A stretch of DNA of 64,000 nt. It comes from Prorocentrum cordatum (lineage: Eukaryota). The stretch lies in assembly GCA_963575745.1 (NCBI GenBank), contig CAUYUJ010000114.1:620001-684000 (forward strand), read 5' to 3'. Numbering within the stretch: position 1 is the stretch's first letter; each line of letters starts with the position of its first letter. The notes beneath the pieces were generated by a model. It was given only the letters and a program-made list of their open reading frames with translations, was not told the origin of the DNA and made no database searches. The position numbers were made by a program, and so were the translations under genes. Shown here in pieces: positions 59,142 to 64,000 of this stretch.

Positions 59142-59229
59142 TAACGATGGCTCGACGTCGGATGCGACATCGGCACCCTGGGCCTCCACTGGACCAGTCC
59201 AGGTGCAAGCCGGCTGAGGCTGGAATTAA

Positions 59230-59377
59230 GTCGGGCCTGTCCCTCTACAGGAGGAATCGTCAAAAACAGTCAAAAATAGTCTGGGGACGATTTTGTGAGT
59301 ATTTGTTTTGCCATCTTTTAATATTTTTTGCATTTTTCCTCGATGATCCCCCTGTAGGGGAGGGGGACAGGCCCGAC
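59230..59377. mobile_element. MITE family B, copy 3, ending 5 nt before an SMC4 exon
   Basis: TTAA-gtcgggcctgtccc...gggacaggcccgac-TTGA. Confidence 0.85.
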
Positions 59378-59382
59378 TTGAG

Positions 59383-59447
59383 GCTGGAAGCAGATCACGA
59401 ACCTGTCGGGCGGCGAGAAGACGCTGGCGTCGCTGTCGCTGGTCTTC
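59383..59447 (+). CDS. SMC4: SMC4 exon with ABC signature (SWKQITNLSGGEKTLASLSLVF)
   Basis: LSGGEKTL signature; AG|G acceptor and probable GC donor; Walker B exon not found in the window. Confidence 0.93.
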
Positions 59448-59540
59448 GCCCCGCCCTCGGACACCGCCGCCGACCCGTGGCCGGGAAGCCCGGGCCGCGC
59501 TGCAGCCTGCTCTGCCATCGATCATTGCGAGTCCTGCGTT

Positions 59541-59743
59541 TCGGGGGGGCGTAAGACGAGTAAGCCGGAACTCGGGTTTGCCGACGTTTTTTGACGAGCG
59601 CGCCTTGGATTCTGACGGTCCCGTTTCCATGGGATTTTTGCAGCGGGAGCTCGCGTCAAATTTCAGATTGGGCCTCGTCGCTTTTATTATGGCCCCGTCA
59701 GGGCAACCCGAGTCCCCCGTACCCGAGTCTTACGTCTCCCCGA
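59541..59743. mobile_element. MITE family D, copy 2, 5-bp TSD GCGTT
   Basis: GCGTT at 59536-59540 and 59744-59748. Confidence 0.87.
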
Positions 59744-60543
59744 GCGTTATCAGATACACCTTGTTCAGTTCTGATTCTTCGAAAGTTCTTTGATGTTTTT
59801 GGGGGCCAGGATCCCTTCATTTCTGATGGTTCTGTCCTGGGCCTCTTCCTGGCCACTGGGGGGCCAGGAACAGTTAGAAACGAGCACAACTAGTAGAAAT
59901 GAGCACGATTAGAAATGAACGACGTGTACTAAGTATCAGGCACGGTTCGGCTACCACTGCCGTCATCGCACAGTTGTCCCGTTTCTCTGTCCAGTCGCGC
60001 GGGCGCGCGGGACGTTCCGACGACTCAGCGTTTCACCTGATTGCTCGTTGGTCGCGGAAGTTCCGGAACCATGGGCTGCCGATCACGACGTTGATGGCCA
60101 TTTCTGCCTCAGGAGGTTCAGGGCACGATTTGCTGTCGACGCCGCATTGTGTCGGCGGCACGGTCTGAGTTAGGCCAGCTCCGCGTTCGTGTGCTCAGGG
60201 ATGGCCAGACCAGCATCTCGGATCACGGTCTTGAAGGGGCCCTGGGACAGAGAAATAAACACGTGGACACAAATGACAGGATCCCCCATAGTTTCCTATA
60301 TTTTCAGGGTCTTCGTCTTCCCCCCCACTTCCCATAGCATCCCATATGTTCTGGGAAATCGACGATGAATTGTGTCTGTGTGTGTTTTTTTTGTCTCCCT
60401 CCCGAGGTCTGCGAGGCCCGCTGCCCCCCCCGGGCAAGGCCCATCCTCGCCCCAGCGGCGGTGGCGAAGCTTCCGTTGGCCAAGCCAAGGGGGAGGGGGG
60501 GGCGCCTGCACCGTTCCTGGGCACAGGACGGGCCTGGCCTCAA

Positions 60544-60699
60544 GTCGGGCGTGGCCCTCTACAGGGGGGGGGGACACTCAAAAATAGGCAAAAATAGTCT
60601 GTGGACGATGTCTTGATTTTTGTTTGCCCATTGGGGGATATTTTTGAAGTACTTTTTTTTGGTTCGCCCAAAACCCCCCTGTAGGGGGACACGCCCGAC
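60544..60699. mobile_element. MITE family B, copy 4
   Basis: TCAA on the left, TTAA on the right; TIRs present. Confidence 0.82.
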
Positions 60700-60746
60700 T
60701 TAAGCCTGGCCAGGCGCAGCGGAGATGTACAGCTCTCGCCGCCCTG

Positions 60747-60877
60747 CTTGGCATCGCTCGGACGTGTACAATTGTCCGTCGGCGAGGACCATCGAGGAGC
60801 ATCCTTGATCCTTTGGCGAAAAAAACACGCACGAAACCGAAAAAAACACAGGGAATGGACGTCCGAGCGATGGCCAG
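60747..60877. mobile_element. MITE family E, copy 3, 4-bp TSD CCTG
   Basis: TIRs with CCTG on both sides. Confidence 0.87.
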
Positions 60878-61504
60878 CCTGGCGGGATTGGGAGGGAGAG
60901 AGGTAGAGAGAGGTAGAGAGAGAGGGCGAGAGGGAGAGAGAGAGAGAGAGAGAGAGGGAGAGATACAGTCAACCTGCATAGTAATGATGGGCAACCTTCC
61001 CAAGGGAACCCTTGCATCCCTGCCTCCTCGGCCCATCCTTGGCCGCTTTCGTTGGCCGCGCCCCGCTCGAGAAGCTTCGACGTGGCCTTTCAAGGCCCTT
61101 GCATCCTGATCGCGCATCCTTCCTAGATTGGTTGACTGCAGGACAAGCCGAGCCTCCAGGAGAAGCGGAACGGAGAACCGGGCGCGTTGCCCGTCCTCGG
61201 TTCTCGCTTCGGCGCGCGGGCTGCTGCGCAGACAATGACAAGGTTGATGATGAGGCGATCCCCGTTCAGCTACACACTGTTCATTTTCAAGTATTCGAAA
61301 ATTCTTTACGCTTCGCGTATCCCCACCAGCCCATCTCACAACAGCAACTCTTGCGAAGCATGCCGACAGTCGTGTTTTTCAGGCGTGTGTCCGCTTGGCC
61401 CCGCATATCTCCCCTGTTACTCCTTCCTCCCGCCTCCTTGTACATCCTCCTTGTGGGGGGAGCGGGAGAAGGACGAGGCGGAGGAGGAGGGAGAGAAAGC
61501 GCTC

Positions 61505-61935
61505 CTCGTGGTTTGAGTCGTTTGGGGTTTCTCGTCCTGGTGTGAGTCGTTCGGGCCCTTCTTCCTGGTGTGAGTCGTTCGGGCTCTTCGTGGTGTGAGT
61601 CGTTCGGGCTCTTCGTCCTGGTGTGAGTCGTTCGGGCTTCTCGTGGTGTGAGTTGTTCGGGCCCCTCGTCCTGGTGTGAGTCGTTCGGGCCCCTCCTCCT
61701 GGTGTGACTCGTTCGGGCTCCTCGTGGTGTGAGTCGTTCGGGGCCCTCGTCGTGGTGTGAGTCGTTCGGGCTCCTCGTGGTGTGAGTCGTTCGGGCGCCT
61801 CGTCCTGGTGTGAGTCGTTCGGGCCCCTCCTTCTGGTGTGAGTCGTTCGGGCTCTTCGTGGTGTGAGTCGTTCGGGCCCCTCGTCCTGGTGTGAGTCGTT
61901 CGGGCTCCTCGTGGCGTGAGGCGTTCGGGCACCTC
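61505..61935 (+). repeat. ~25-30-bp minisatellite (GGTGTGAGTCGTTCGGG core), about 15 copies
   Basis: Read directly; long and short units mostly alternate. Confidence 0.92.
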
Positions 61936-63443
61936 GTCCCCTTTTGGGGCGTCTTGGGGGCCTCTTGGCTGCCCCAAGGGCTTCTAGGAGCGTCTTGGGT
62001 GCCGTGGGGGAGCCTCTTCGGGCCTCTTGGGAGCCTCTTGGAGGCCGTTTGGGGCGTCTTGGGGGCCTCTTGGCGGCCCCATGGGCTTCCAGGAGCGTCT
62101 TGGGTGCCTCGGGGGAGCCTCTTGGGGCCTCTTGGGGGCATCTTGGGGGCATCTTGGGGGCCTCTGGGAGGCCTCTTGGGGGCCTCCGGGGGGCCTCTTG
62201 GGGCCATCTTGGGGCCTCTTGGTGCCTCCTGGGCGCTTCTTGGGGCCATCTTGGAGGAAATCGATCAAAGAAGAGGGGAGCTTTAATTAGCGCTGCCCCC
62301 TCAGAAGGGCAAAATGGGACCAAAACCTTAGTAAAATCAATGATTTCGGCTTGAAAGAAGAGGGGAGCTTTAATTAGCGCTGCCCCCTCAGAAGGCCAAA
62401 ATTGGGCCAAAACCATAGTAAAATCAATTATTTTGGCTTCAACGAAGAGGAGAGCATTTTTTCTCCCCCCCCCCCGTCGGGGCCAGAATCCTCGTGAGGG
62501 GTGTCGTTTTTTAGCCCTCCCAGGAGTCGAAAAAGACCCCTCTGACCACCCGCGGGGCGCCCTCTCCAGGCCCAGGGGGAGGGGGGAGGGGGAGGGGTAA
62601 ACCCATCCCCGAAGGGGAAGAAGGGGGGTTGAGAACAGAGAGAGCTCCCTAAACCACTCACGCCCAAAGGGCTGGTGGGATTCTTTGCTTTTTAGGGGGG
62701 GTGCCAGATCCCTACATGTCTAATTGTTCTATCCTGTGCCTCTTCCTGGCCACCAGGGGGCCAGGAACAATTAGAAACGAGCACAATTAGAAATGAGCAC
62801 GATTAGAGATGGGCGACGTGTACGTTTCACGCTTGGATCGGCGCGTGATGTTCCACACCCACACCGACAGTCCCCGCCAAGACAGTCCGCGGTGGGCAAA
62901 AATGGCAGTAAGTTAGGTTGCCAGCGTGCCCTTCAATGGAGAAGAAGAATATTCCCCACGCCCCTTGGATCTGTAGAAGTCACGGGGCACCCTTAAATGG
63001 TGGACAGCCAAGATATCTCATCCCGTGCACCCACTTTACTCTCTCTCTCTCTCTCACTCTCGCCCTCTCTCTCGCTCTCGCTCTCTCTCTCATTCGCTCT
63101 CTCACTCTCTTCCTCACCCTCGAAGTGGTTTCAAAATGTCTTGAACAGTTGGGTCGAATCGGGGTGCGTCCTTCTTGCAGATCCATCCTCAACCAGCGTG
63201 GCAGCCAGAGCGAGATTACACCAAACCAGCGCCGAAGCTCGGGGGCACGGCGTTTCCAAGATCGCAGGCAAAGCTCATGAAGCTGTAAAGCGAGGCTTCG
63301 GCATACTTGAGAGGGGGTGAGCTGTGTTCTGGCGCCAACGAGGTGCCGCTCGGTCGCACGGGGAATCGTGGCCAGGCTGTCCGCGAGCCGCTGGCAGTCC
63401 CCTCGGGGGCTGCTGGCGGTCGCCCTCGTGAGACCGACGCATG

Positions 63444-63651
<208 letters not shown>

Positions 63652-64000
63652 GCGGAGACAGGCACTCCTCCTTCCGCCACGACATGGCAGCAACCGCCAG
63701 CCGCGGATGCGCCAACCGTACCTGTGACGGGTGCGCGGAGGCCGAAAAATGCCGCGGTGCCCGAGCTGTGTTTGCGGGCCTGGGCGTGCGGCCCGAGGGC
63801 GGACGGGAGGCGGGCGCCGTGCACAGAGAGCGGGAGGCAGGCTGGGCAGTGGCCGTGGTGATGCGCGCACGTTCTCGCGAAGGGGTCCAGCGCAGATCCA
63901 AGACATCAGAAATCCAGTGCAGATCCAAGATTCTCGTGAGGGGTCCAGTGCAGGTCCAGGGGCTCTGATGAGGAGGAGGAGGAGCAGATCCAAGAAATTC

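Noticed and set aside
61505..61935. Short constant repeat with variable linkers, CRISPR-like
   Set aside because: Linkers are ~8-13 nt and nearly identical; this is a minisatellite.

Overview
Eukaryotic, GC-rich, repeat-saturated DNA, almost certainly from a dinoflagellate: it has a perfect 22-nt DinoSL and only GC/GA splice donors. Most ORFs in the supplied track are artefacts of microsatellites and satellites. Content I can support: (1) four tiny exons (36-84 nt) of condensin SMC4 spread over 23.3-59.4 kb on +; (2) the 3' two exons of a TRP-like ion-channel gene at 9.4-11.5 kb; (3) a full-length ~8.4-kb LINE (ORF1 plus APE-RT-RNase H) that begins exactly with the dinoflagellate spliced leader and sits inside a (CA)n microsatellite; (4) an intact Ty1/copia element with identical 90-bp LTRs, a 5-bp TSD and an extra hydrophobic C-terminal tail; (5) decayed LINEs, one ending in a cytosine-methyltransferase-like domain; (6) several MITE families with different termini and TSD lengths, dispersed ~89-bp satellite arrays with a shared head, a tandem 761-bp unit bounded by (GTT)n, and long microsatellites. 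The strongest candidate for a new system is the SL-capped, CA-repeat-targeting LINE, which may regenerate its 5' end by trans-splicing rather than from an internal promoter. All protein assignments are from motif recognition by eye; no database search was run.
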